Shown here one piece after another: positions 8,456 through 17,555 of a stretch of 32,000 bases of DNA. Source of the stretch: Propionibacterium freudenreichii subsp. freudenreichii (lineage in GTDB: Bacteria > Actinomycetota > Actinomycetes > Propionibacteriales > Propionibacteriaceae); the NCBI RefSeq assembly GCF_000940845.1, contig NZ_CP010341.1, positions 870,001 through 902,000 of the forward strand. The letters run 5' to 3'. The number at the start of each line of letters is the position of its first letter. The first letter of the stretch is position 1. The position numbers were made by a program, and so were the translations under genes. The notes under the pieces were generated by a model. It did no database searches. It was not told the origin of the DNA and was given only the letters and a program-made list of their open reading frames with translations.

Positions 8456-9114
8456 GCGGGAATGTGGATCTGGGAATCGGCGCACTGGAGACCCTCCGGA
8501 CGGTGCCTTTCTGGCGCACCGACGAGGTGCCCCGCCACGTGGCCAGGCGCATGCTGGTGATTCCGGGGGTCCGCTATTCGTGCGACCGGCCCCTGCTGAA
8601 CTGGACCAGCACCATCGCCCACCAACACGGCTGGTGGGTGCAACAGGCCCAGTGGGAGCTCACGCCGCAGACGAACCAGGAGGAGATCATCGCCCGCGCC
8701 CTCGAGCTGCTCGACCATGACGCCCCGGATGCCGACCAGACGATGGTGGTCGCCAAGTCGATGGGTTCACGGGCAGCGTCCACGGCCAGCGCCAACGGCT
8801 GGTGCGGCATCTGGCTCACCCCACTGCTCGACGTGGAGGAGGTGCGCGCGGCGCTGCTGGAATACCACGGTCCGTCACTGATCGCCGGAGGCAGCATCGA
8901 TCCCCATTGGGGCCCCGATGATTCGGTGCGCACGGTGCACATCGGCCGCGCGGGCGATATCGAGGGCGAACTCGACGAACTGGGCACCAGCTGGGTCGAC
9001 GTGGCCGGAGCCAACCATTCGCTCGAGGTTCCCGACGACTGGCGCGCCAGCCTCGCGGTGCAGCGCAGCCTGTTCGAACTGGCCGACGGCTTCATCGACG
9101 TCCTGTCGCAGTAG
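8452..9114 (+). CDS. Alpha/beta-fold serine hydrolase-like protein
   Basis: 220 aa with a nucleophile-elbow-like VVAKSMGS and a late GANHSLE His. The layout resembles small Ser-hydrolase (YdeN/RBBP9-like) proteins. It has an ATGA overlap with the upstream GTPase (8452-8455) and AAGGGA 6 nt upstream. Confidence 0.55.
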   Translation: MSGNVDLGIGALETLRTVPFWRTDEVPRHVARRMLVIPGVRYSCDRPLLNWTSTIAHQHGWWVQQAQWELTPQTNQEEIIARALELLDHDAPDADQTMVVAKSMGSRAASTASANGWCGIWLTPLLDVEEVRAALLEYHGPSLIAGGSIDPHWGPDDSVRTVHIGRAGDIEGELDELGTSWVDVAGANHSLEVPDDWRASLAVQRSLFELADGFIDVLSQ

Positions 9115-9130
9115 CGCCGCCCGGCCACGG

Positions 9131-9136
9131 CCTAGC
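9131..9136. repeat. Target-site duplication CCTAGC (left copy)
   Basis: An identical hexamer directly abuts both IS ends (9131-9136 and 10230-10235). This matches the NCTAGN target known for the IS481 family. Confidence 0.9.
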
Positions 9137-10133
9137 TGTACTTCCCCGTGACGTTGTGAACGCGGGCTGAGGGAGTCTGGCCGCCGATCCCGGTGTGGGG
9201 TCTGTGGTGATTGTAGTGATGGAGCCAGGTCTCGTAGGCTGCGGCGCGCTCGGCTTCGCTGGCGTAGGGCTTCGCGTAGGCCCACTCGACGGCGAGGGTT
9301 CGGTTGAACCGCTCGACCTTGCCGTTGGTCTGCGGCCGGTATGGCCGGGTCCACTTGTGCTTCACCTCGTCGCCGAGCGCGTCAGCGAAGGCGCCTGACC
9401 GGTAGCAGGAACCGTTGTCGGTCATCACCGCGGTGACTGTGACGCCCAGGCCTGCGAAGAACGCGTTCGCGCGGGTCCAGAACCCCGCTGCGGTCTCTTT
9501 GCGCTCGTCGTCAAGGATCTCTGAGTACGCGATCCGGGAGTGGTCGTCCACGGCGTGGTGCAGATACCGGTAGCCGCGAGAGCCGGCTGCCCCGGCACGG
9601 GCTGCCTTGTCGCGGGCCACTCCCGCGTGACGGTCCTGCATGGATCCGCGACCGTGGGCACGCCACCCGCCGCCGTCGGGGATCCGGCCTTGTTTCTTGA
9701 TATCTACGTGCACGAGCTGGCCCGGCGCGGCGACCTCGTACCGTTTCGGCTTCGGGCGGCGAACCGGCAGCCCGGTGGCCTGGTCGATGTTGATCAGCTT
9801 CGGCATCTTGTATCGGGCGAGCACCCGACCGACCGTGGAACGGTGCAACCGCAGGTGATACGCGATCCGGTGCGGACCCCACCGGCGAGTGAACCGCAAC
9901 GCGACGATCCGATGCTCCGTCTTACGCGAAAGCCGGTTCGGTGACGAGGTGGGCCTCGAACTACGGTCGATCAACGGCAGCCCTGCCCGGTACCTGTCGG
10001 CCCACCGCTTCACCGTCGCGGGCGAGCACTGGAACCGTTCCGCCGCCCGCCGCAACGACCAGCCCTGTTCCACGACGAGAACAGCAAGACGACGACGCCC
10101 TTCCGGTGTCAAGGGTGCGTTAGCGTGAGTCAC
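9132..10133 (-). CDS. IS481-family DDE transposase
   Basis: N-terminal HTH, then the DDE triad contexts VHVDIKK, MTDNGSCY and PQTNGKVERFNRT. The likely start is the GTG at 10133, with GGAGG 5 nt upstream; the track's upstream extension to 10175 is less likely. The stop TAG (9132-9134) lies outside the IS end, within the duplicated target. Confidence 0.9.
   Translation of the reverse strand: MTHANAPLTPEGRRRLAVLVVEQGWSLRRAAERFQCSPATVKRWADRYRAGLPLIDRSSRPTSSPNRLSRKTEHRIVALRFTRRWGPHRIAYHLRLHRSTVGRVLARYKMPKLINIDQATGLPVRRPKPKRYEVAAPGQLVHVDIKKQGRIPDGGGWRAHGRGSMQDRHAGVARDKAARAGAAGSRGYRYLHHAVDDHSRIAYSEILDDERKETAAGFWTRANAFFAGLGVTVTAVMTDNGSCYRSGAFADALGDEVKHKWTRPYRPQTNGKVERFNRTLAVEWAYAKPYASEAERAAAYETWLHHYNHHRPHTGIGGQTPSARVHNVTGKYS
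9137..9162. repeat. IS481-family terminal inverted repeat (transposase 3' end side)
   Basis: tgtacttccccgtgacgttgtgaacg. The reverse complement of 10204-10229 is tgtacttccccgggaggttgtgaacg. Confidence 0.9.
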
Positions 10134-10203
10134 GAAGACCTCCGTGGTCAGGAGAGTGAGTGTGGTAACCCACATCCTGCCCGGAGGTCTTCGCTACCTC
10201 ACC

Positions 10204-10229
10204 CGTTCACAACCTCCCGGGGAAGTACA
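10204..10229. repeat. IS481-family terminal inverted repeat (transposase 5' end side)
   Basis: cgttcacaacctcccggggaagtaca, the inverted partner of 9137-9162. Confidence 0.9.
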
Positions 10230-10235
10230 CCTAGC
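10230..10235. repeat. Target-site duplication CCTAGC (right copy)
   Basis: Identical to 9131-9136 and immediately outside the IS end. Confidence 0.9.
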
Positions 10236-10428
10236 AGCCGCCACCCCCATTTCCGGGACTTCCCGGGCCTTGTCCACTGATTCCTGAAGCGCGCCGAAAC
10301 GCATCCACAGGCCCGGTTGGCCCCGGGATGTTTCCGGCAATCAGCCCACACTGCGGTATATCCGACGTCGCGATCCTGCGGCGCCGGGGACAACCGAGGG
10401 TGCGCGGCACCCGGAATGGGGAATCACC

Positions 10429-10929
10429 ATGGACACCGCAATCAGCATGGCCGGAAATGTTGGCACCGAAGTCGACTACACCTCCGGCGAGGGCTATTCC
10501 TTCGCCTCCTTCAGGTTGGCCGCGACGCCACGGATCCGACGGGGCGGCGAATGGACCGATGGCGAGACCGTGTGGACCACGGTGCAGGCGGTGAACCGCA
10601 CGGCGGAGAACGTGCGGGCCAGCGTGCACAAGGGCGAGGCGGTGGTGGTCGTCGGCAGGCTGAGGGCCCGTCGGTGGGTCGGCCAGGACGGCCAGCAGCA
10701 CGAGCGACTGGTGCTTGAGGCCAAGTCCGTGGGCCACGACCTCGCCAGGGGCACCAGCCGATTCACGCGCAATGAACGGATGGCGCCCGCCGAGCCCCGC
10801 GCCGACTCCGGTCCGGCACCGCAGTCCCGACCGGACGGGGAAGGTTGTGGGGCCGACGACGAAGCTGAGTCGCTGCCGGCGGAATCACTGGCCTCGGTGG
10901 AGGACGGCGTGGCCGAGCCGGCTGCCTGA
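10429..10929 (+). CDS. Single-stranded DNA-binding protein paralogue (OB fold, non-canonical C-terminus)
   Basis: SSB-like N-terminal OB domain (ISMAGNVGTEVDY...FRLAATPR...WTDGETVWTTV...GEAVVVVGRLRARRW...LVLEAKSVGHDL). The tail is disordered and ends ...VEDGVAEPAA, without the canonical acidic DDD(I/L)PF tip. Confidence 0.75.
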   Translation: MDTAISMAGNVGTEVDYTSGEGYSFASFRLAATPRIRRGGEWTDGETVWTTVQAVNRTAENVRASVHKGEAVVVVGRLRARRWVGQDGQQHERLVLEAKSVGHDLARGTSRFTRNERMAPAEPRADSGPAPQSRPDGEGCGADDEAESLPAESLASVEDGVAEPAA

Positions 10930-11124
10930 GCCCCGCGGGTGGGCCGCGCGAGGTGACCGCATGTGTCGGCGCTGGCATACTTGACCACGCGGCGCCGACA
11001 TCTGCCCGCGTTCTTTCCTCTCCCGTGCGTGTTGGCCATGCCTGCGCGCCGGTGCGGAACGTGCGCGTCGGGCACTCGGCCGCACATACTCCACACATCG
11101 CAAGCGAAGGAACCACAGGCCCAT

Positions 11125-12813
<1,689 letters not shown>

Positions 12814-12851
12814 GCAACACCACCGGCCGGATCGCTTCCGTGCCGATGACA

Positions 12852-12894
12852 GACGGCTGGGCGGGTGCACATCTGTGGCACCCGCCCAGCCGTC
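12852..12894 (+). terminator. GC-rich hairpin downstream of ettA
   Basis: Perfect 17-bp stem: gacggctgggcgggtgc (12852-12868) pairs with gcacccgcccagccgtc (12878-12894), with a 9-nt loop. It starts 39 nt after the ettA stop. There is no U-tract. Confidence 0.6.
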
Positions 12895-12984
12895 GTTGCG
12901 CCCAACCCCCGCCGGGGATCGCGCCGCGTCCGCAAAGCGACCCCAACCCTTGTTGGGTCCCCGCAACACTGAGAGACTGGCGCC

Positions 12985-13980
12985 ATGAAAAAGCTCATCA
13001 ATGATGCCGAGCACGTGGTGGCCGACTCCCTGAGGGGAGTCGCCGCAGCGCACCCGGGAGTGCAACGCGTCGACCTGGACAACAAGATCGTCTACCGTGC
13101 CCAACCCAAGCAGGCCGGCAGGGTGGCGGTGATCTCCGGCGGCGGCTCGGGCCACGAGCCCCTGCACTCCGGCTACGTCGGGGAGGGCATGCTCGACGCC
13201 GCCTGTTGCGGCGAGGTCTTCACCTCCCCGGTACCCGATCAGATGGTGGCCGCCACCAAGCAGGTCGACAACGGTGCCGGTGTGCTGCAGATCGTCAAGA
13301 ACTACACCGGCGACGTGATGAACTTCGACATGGCCTCCGAGCTGAGCCAGGCCGATGGCATCGACGTCGAGTCGGTGATCGTCAATGATGATGTGGCCGT
13401 CGAGGACTCCCTGTACACCGCCGGGCGACGTGGCGTCGGACTCACGGTGCTGCTCGAGAAGATCGCCGGCGCCGCCGCCGAGGAGGGACGCGACCTCGCA
13501 TCGATCAAGCAGCTCAGCGAGAAGGTCATCGCCACCGGACGCTCCTACGGTTGCGCCCTCACGCCGTGCACGGTGCCCGCCGCCGGCAAGCCGAGCTTCG
13601 AACTTGCCGACGACGAGATGGAACTGGGCATCGGCATCCACGGCGAGCCCGGCCGCAAGCGGGTCAAGATGGGCACCGCCGCCCAGATCGCCGCAGAACT
13701 CGTGGACCCCGTGCTGGCAGACCTCGACTTCACCGGGCCGGTCATCGCCATGGTCAACGGGATGGGCGCCACGCCGCTCATCGAGCTCTACCTGATGTAC
13801 GGCGAGATCGAACCCCTGTTGGCAGCCCGCGGCATCACCGTGGCGCGCAACCTGGTCGGCAACTACATCACCTCGCTGGACATGGCGGGTTGCTCCCTGA
13901 CCCTGCTCAGGGCCGATGACGATCTGGTGAGATTGTGGGATGCGCCGGTGAACACGCCGGGACTGAGGTGGGGAATCTGA
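12985..13980 (+). CDS. dhaK: Dihydroxyacetone kinase, DhaK subunit
   Basis: [12 protein letters not shown] start, with the SGGGSGHEP and IGIHGEPG motifs. 331 aa. Confidence 0.93.
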   Translation: MKKLINDAEHVVADSLRGVAAAHPGVQRVDLDNKIVYRAQPKQAGRVAVISGGGSGHEPLHSGYVGEGMLDAACCGEVFTSPVPDQMVAATKQVDNGAGVLQIVKNYTGDVMNFDMASELSQADGIDVESVIVNDDVAVEDSLYTAGRRGVGLTVLLEKIAGAAAEEGRDLASIKQLSEKVIATGRSYGCALTPCTVPAAGKPSFELADDEMELGIGIHGEPGRKRVKMGTAAQIAAELVDPVLADLDFTGPVIAMVNGMGATPLIELYLMYGEIEPLLAARGITVARNLVGNYITSLDMAGCSLTLLRADDDLVRLWDAPVNTPGLRWGI

Positions 13981-14609
13981 TGGGCGACGAACGCGTGACG
14001 AAAGTGGCGGCCTGGCTGCACGACTATGCCGACACGATCACCGAGCACTCCCAGGAACTGACCGACCTCGACCGCGAGATCGGTGACGCCGACCACGGCT
14101 TCAACATGGAACGCGGCGTCAAGGCCATTGCCGCACTCGATCCGGCGCAATTCGCCGACCCCGGCGCCTACCTCAAGAAGGTCGGCATGACGCTGGTCAG
14201 CACCGTCGGTGGTGCGGCCGGGCCGCTCTACGGCACGCTCTTCCTGCGCATGGCCACCGCGCTTCCCACCGACACCGCCCTGACCACGGCCACCTTCGCG
14301 AAGGCGCTGCGGGCCGGGCTCGAGGGCGTCACCCAGCGCGGCAAGTCGGCAGTGGGTGACAAGACGATGGTTGACGCGCTGGCGCCGGCAGTCGAGCGCC
14401 TCGAAGCTGACGCCGCCGCGGGGGACAAGCTGGCCAATGCCCTGAAGCATGCCTCGACCGCCGCCCAGCAGGGACGCGATGCGACCGTTGACCTGGTGGC
14501 CCGACGCGGGCGTGCGTCGTACCTGGGGGAGCGCAGCAAGGGCCATCTCGACCCGGGAGCCGCAAGCCTCACGATGCTCATTGAATCCGCAGCACGCACG
14601 CTGAGCTGA
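13980..14609 (+). CDS. dhaL: Dihydroxyacetone kinase, ADP-binding DhaL subunit
   Basis: LDREIGDADHGFNM (DhaL GDGDHG-type motif) and GRASYLGERS. The ATG at 13980 overlaps the dhaK stop by 1 nt (TGATG). The track's upstream start at 13935 is rejected. Confidence 0.9.
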   Translation: MGDERVTKVAAWLHDYADTITEHSQELTDLDREIGDADHGFNMERGVKAIAALDPAQFADPGAYLKKVGMTLVSTVGGAAGPLYGTLFLRMATALPTDTALTTATFAKALRAGLEGVTQRGKSAVGDKTMVDALAPAVERLEADAAAGDKLANALKHASTAAQQGRDATVDLVARRGRASYLGERSKGHLDPGAASLTMLIESAARTLS

Positions 14610-14621
14610 CCGGAGGCCAGG

Positions 14622-16142
14622 ATGATCGCACTGCTCGTCGTGTCCCACAGCCGCCCGCTGGCACAGGCAGCGGTGGAGTTGGCGGTGCAGATGGTGCCGC
14701 CCGACCAGCGGCCACCCATCCGGATCGCGGCGGGCCTGGACGACGGCTCGCTGGGCACCGATGCGACAGCGGTCTCCGCCGCCCTCGAAGAGCTGGCCGG
14801 GGCCGACGGGGTGCTGGTCTTCGTCGACCTCGGATCGGCCCTGCTGAGCGCCCAGATGGCCCTCGAGTTCGTCGATCCCGACCTCGCCGCCCGCGTGGTG
14901 ATCTCACCGGCACCCATGGTGGAGGGACTCGTGGCCGGCGTGGTCACCGCCGCCGGGGGAGCCCCGATCACCCGTGTCGATGCCGAGGCACGCTCGTCGC
15001 TGAACGCGAAGATCGAGCAGCTCGCCGACGAATCGCCGTCCCGGGACACGGCCCCCTCCGCGGACGGATTGCCGTCCAAGGACTCCACCCCGGCCGTCGC
15101 AGTGGGCGCCGGGGGCCCGACCCAAGCGGATGGACACCGGCTCGTCTGGGACTACACGATGACCAACGTCCACGGCCTGCACGCCCGACCCGCCGCCGCC
15201 GTGGTCTCGGCACTGAGCGGCCTTGATGCGCGGGTCGTCATCTCGAATGCCACCAGCGGTGCCGGCCCGGCCGATGCCCGCAGCGTCTCATCCCTGGCGG
15301 CCCTGCAACTGCACCAGGGCCAGGTGATGCACGTTGAGGCGTCGGGGGCGGCAGCCCCACAGGCGCGCCAAGCCCTCGACGAGCTCGCCGCCCGGCAGTT
15401 CGGTGACGCCACCAACGGCAACCCGTCCGAGGCAGGCAACACCCCCGGTCGCGCGTCGGAGGGGGAACGACCTCAGCAGGATGCCAGCCCCGCCCCCGTG
15501 GCCACCGCGGTGGTCGAGGGGCCCGTGCACATCATCGATCCCGATCCGGATGTCGCCGGCTACCGGGCCGGCAGCGCCGCCATCGAACAGGCCCGCTTCG
15601 ACCAGGCGCGCCACCATGTGGCCGGCTATCTCGATGATCAGGCCAGCGGCCCCTTCGCCGCAATCTTCAACGCCCAGAAGGCACTGCTCAACGATGCGTC
15701 GCTGCGCACGGGCGTCAGCTCCGCCATCGATAAGGGAGCCAGCAGCATCGAGGCGGTCTCCGCGACGATGGCCGGACTCAGCGCCAGCTTTGACAAGCTC
15801 AGCGACCCCTATCTGCGCGAGCGTGGCCAGGACGTGCGCTCACTCGACCGCCTGCTGCGCTCGGCAATCGTGGGGGCCTCGCTGCGCTGGCCCCGGGAGG
15901 CACCAGCGGGAGTCTGGGTGTTGCCCGAACTGGACGCGCTGAGCGCCGCGACCGCCGACACCGCACGCTGCCGGGCCATCATCACCCTGCGGGGCGGTGA
16001 CACCGGCCACGGGGCCATCATCGCTCGCCAACGCGGCATTGCGCTGTTGCTGGGCTATCCGGACGCGGCGCGGTTCACCGAGGGCCAGGAGATCAGGGTC
16101 GACACGGTCGCGCGTCGCGCACGCCCGGTCAACGAATCCTGA
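14622..16142 (+). CDS. dhaM: PTS-dependent dihydroxyacetone kinase phosphotransferase subunit DhaM (EIIA-Man-like + HPr-like + EI N-terminal-like domains)
   Basis: N-terminus MIALLVVSHSRPLA (EIIA-Man type His), central NVHGLHARPAA (HPr His15 context) and C-terminal GGDTGHGAIIARQRGI (EI phospho-His context). GGAGG lies 6 nt upstream. Confidence 0.88.
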   Translation: MIALLVVSHSRPLAQAAVELAVQMVPPDQRPPIRIAAGLDDGSLGTDATAVSAALEELAGADGVLVFVDLGSALLSAQMALEFVDPDLAARVVISPAPMVEGLVAGVVTAAGGAPITRVDAEARSSLNAKIEQLADESPSRDTAPSADGLPSKDSTPAVAVGAGGPTQADGHRLVWDYTMTNVHGLHARPAAAVVSALSGLDARVVISNATSGAGPADARSVSSLAALQLHQGQVMHVEASGAAAPQARQALDELAARQFGDATNGNPSEAGNTPGRASEGERPQQDASPAPVATAVVEGPVHIIDPDPDVAGYRAGSAAIEQARFDQARHHVAGYLDDQASGPFAAIFNAQKALLNDASLRTGVSSAIDKGASSIEAVSATMAGLSASFDKLSDPYLRERGQDVRSLDRLLRSAIVGASLRWPREAPAGVWVLPELDALSAATADTARCRAIITLRGGDTGHGAIIARQRGIALLLGYPDAARFTEGQEIRVDTVARRARPVNES

Positions 16143-17499
16143 TCGGCCGGTCGCGGTTCGTGTCCCGGCGCTGCAGCAGCGGGTTGTACATCAGCGAGTT
16201 GTACTGGGCCGGGCATTCGATGTCGAGCAGGATGTTGTCGGCGAGCCGCCCCTGGCGGCGCAGCGCGTGCAGGCGCGGCACCACCCGGTCGCGCAGATGC
16301 CAGGGATCAATCGTGTTGAGGTAGATCTTCGTGCCGCCCTCGAACCCGGCCAGGGTGGACACCCGCCACTTCAGGTTGATGCGCCATGGCATGGGCACGT
16401 CCATGTCGGGGGCGCGGTGGTGCCATTCCTCATTGGACGGAACATCCATCCCGGTGGCCGCGTGGCACGCATGGACCAGCGCCGACATGTCGTCGAGTTC
16501 CTTGTCGGACTGGTTCCAGGGCTCGCAGGTTGCCGACTTCGAATAGATCTCCAGGGTCGGATAGCGGTGCCCGAACCCGGCGAAGACGATCGCACTGTCG
16601 TTCTCGGCGATCACCAGGTTGTGCTGCACGGCGGTGCCCAGCAGCAGGTCGTTGTAGATATTCGGATTGCTGCGCAGCCGCTCCACCTCGCCGGCCGCCT
16701 GGGTGCCGTGCTGGTCGATCGCGACCAGTTGCTTGTGCAGGTGATCGAACGACGCCCCTGCCGGCCGCAGCCAGTTCTGGAAGACCGCCACATAGCGGGC
16801 GTAGCGATTCTGCCGGTACAGGTCGGCCAACGTGTCCACGGTGAAGCGCATGTACTCGGCATGTTCGTCGGGGGACAGGGCACCGGAGCCCGCCAGCTGC
16901 GAGCTGTCGGTGGCGCCGTCCACGAAATGGCGTCGCGCCACGATCACGTCGTGCCCGCCGGCGAAGAAGCCGATGGCGTCATCCAGCAGCTCGTCATCGG
17001 GGGTGGCCCTCACCTGGGCCGGTGCGAGCCCGGAGGCCGCCAGCTTCGTGCGGCTGATGGCCAGCAGGTGCTCCCGCCCGCCGGCGTCATTGCGGTAGGC
17101 GCGATAGCGGGCCATGGCCGCCGGGGAGGGCTTGTAGTCGTAGTTGGCCACCCAATAGGGGTAGCCGACGATCTCGAACAGGTTCGGGATGCGCCGGAAC
17201 TCGGCCACCGTGTCGTGCAGGTGTTCGGGCAACACACCGGTGAGCGTCTGCCAGCCGTCAGCGCCATGCACACGGCGCGCCTTCTCGGGCGGGGTCTCGG
17301 CCATGCGGTCGGCGCAGAACGCGCAACTGTGCCCGAAATCGTCGGCGCTCAGCGCCCTGGGGTCATTCACCGGGGTCGCCAGCGGACGGTTGCCGCGGCC
17401 CGGCACGGTCCACACCTCCACCCCCGACAGCGGATTCACCTGCTTGACGGTGCCGTCTGGCATTGTTCGGATGGCTTCGGTCAGGCCCAGCGTCGGCAT
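16129..17499 (-). CDS. GalT-like HIT-superfamily (branch III) nucleotidyltransferase/phosphorylase-like protein of unknown substrate (DUF4921-like)
   Basis: 456 aa from the ATG at 17499 (MPTLGLTE...). It has a CxxC (GHSCAFCADR) followed later by SFDHLHKQLV (HxHxQ), the arrangement seen in galactose-1-phosphate uridylyltransferase-type enzymes. The track's 85-aa N-terminal extension is Arg-rich and overlaps the dcp start, so it is rejected. Confidence 0.65.
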   Translation of the reverse strand: MPTLGLTEAIRTMPDGTVKQVNPLSGVEVWTVPGRGNRPLATPVNDPRALSADDFGHSCAFCADRMAETPPEKARRVHGADGWQTLTGVLPEHLHDTVAEFRRIPNLFEIVGYPYWVANYDYKPSPAAMARYRAYRNDAGGREHLLAISRTKLAASGLAPAQVRATPDDELLDDAIGFFAGGHDVIVARRHFVDGATDSSQLAGSGALSPDEHAEYMRFTVDTLADLYRQNRYARYVAVFQNWLRPAGASFDHLHKQLVAIDQHGTQAAGEVERLRSNPNIYNDLLLGTAVQHNLVIAENDSAIVFAGFGHRYPTLEIYSKSATCEPWNQSDKELDDMSALVHACHAATGMDVPSNEEWHHRAPDMDVPMPWRINLKWRVSTLAGFEGGTKIYLNTIDPWHLRDRVVPRLHALRRQGRLADNILLDIECPAQYNSLMYNPLLQRRDTNRDRPIRIR

Positions 17500-17555
17500 G
17501 GCCGACAGTCTAGACGGGGCTGTTGCTGGCCCGCCCGGGGGTGTTTGATTGAACG

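Larger units (their letters stand above)
9137..10229 (-). mobile_element. Intact IS481-family insertion sequence (1093 bp)
   Basis: The 26-nt terminal inverted repeats at 9137-9162 and 10204-10229 match at 24/26. It carries a single DDE transposase ORF and is flanked by perfect 6-bp CCTAGC direct repeats. Confidence 0.9.

Noticed and set aside
3250-9136. tRNA-Arg-anchored genomic island carrying the PrsW-GTPase-hydrolase cluster
   Set aside because: There is no integrase. No direct repeat of the tRNA 3' end was found near 9100-9136 or 10230-10300. No compositional shift is visible by eye. The IS at the far end has its own perfect target duplication, so it inserted independently.
597-10229. 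Composite transposon bounded by the two IS481-type left ends in inverted orientation
   Set aside because: The outer flanks differ (cttaag versus cctagc). The intact IS has its own perfect TSD. The remnant is diverged (about 75-85% identity). The cargo includes housekeeping orn and two tRNA genes. Independent insertions are the simpler explanation.
10230-10428. Small ORFs between the IS and the ssb-like gene (for example 10199-10393 minus, 10328-10594 plus)
   Set aside because: They overlap the IS end or the ssb-like gene out of frame. They have biased low-complexity composition and no RBS or motif support.
10963-11124. 54-codon N-terminal extension of ettA
   Set aside because: EttA proteins start at MAEFIY. 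The ATG at 11125 has an AAGGA RBS, and the extension is Cys/Arg/Pro-rich.
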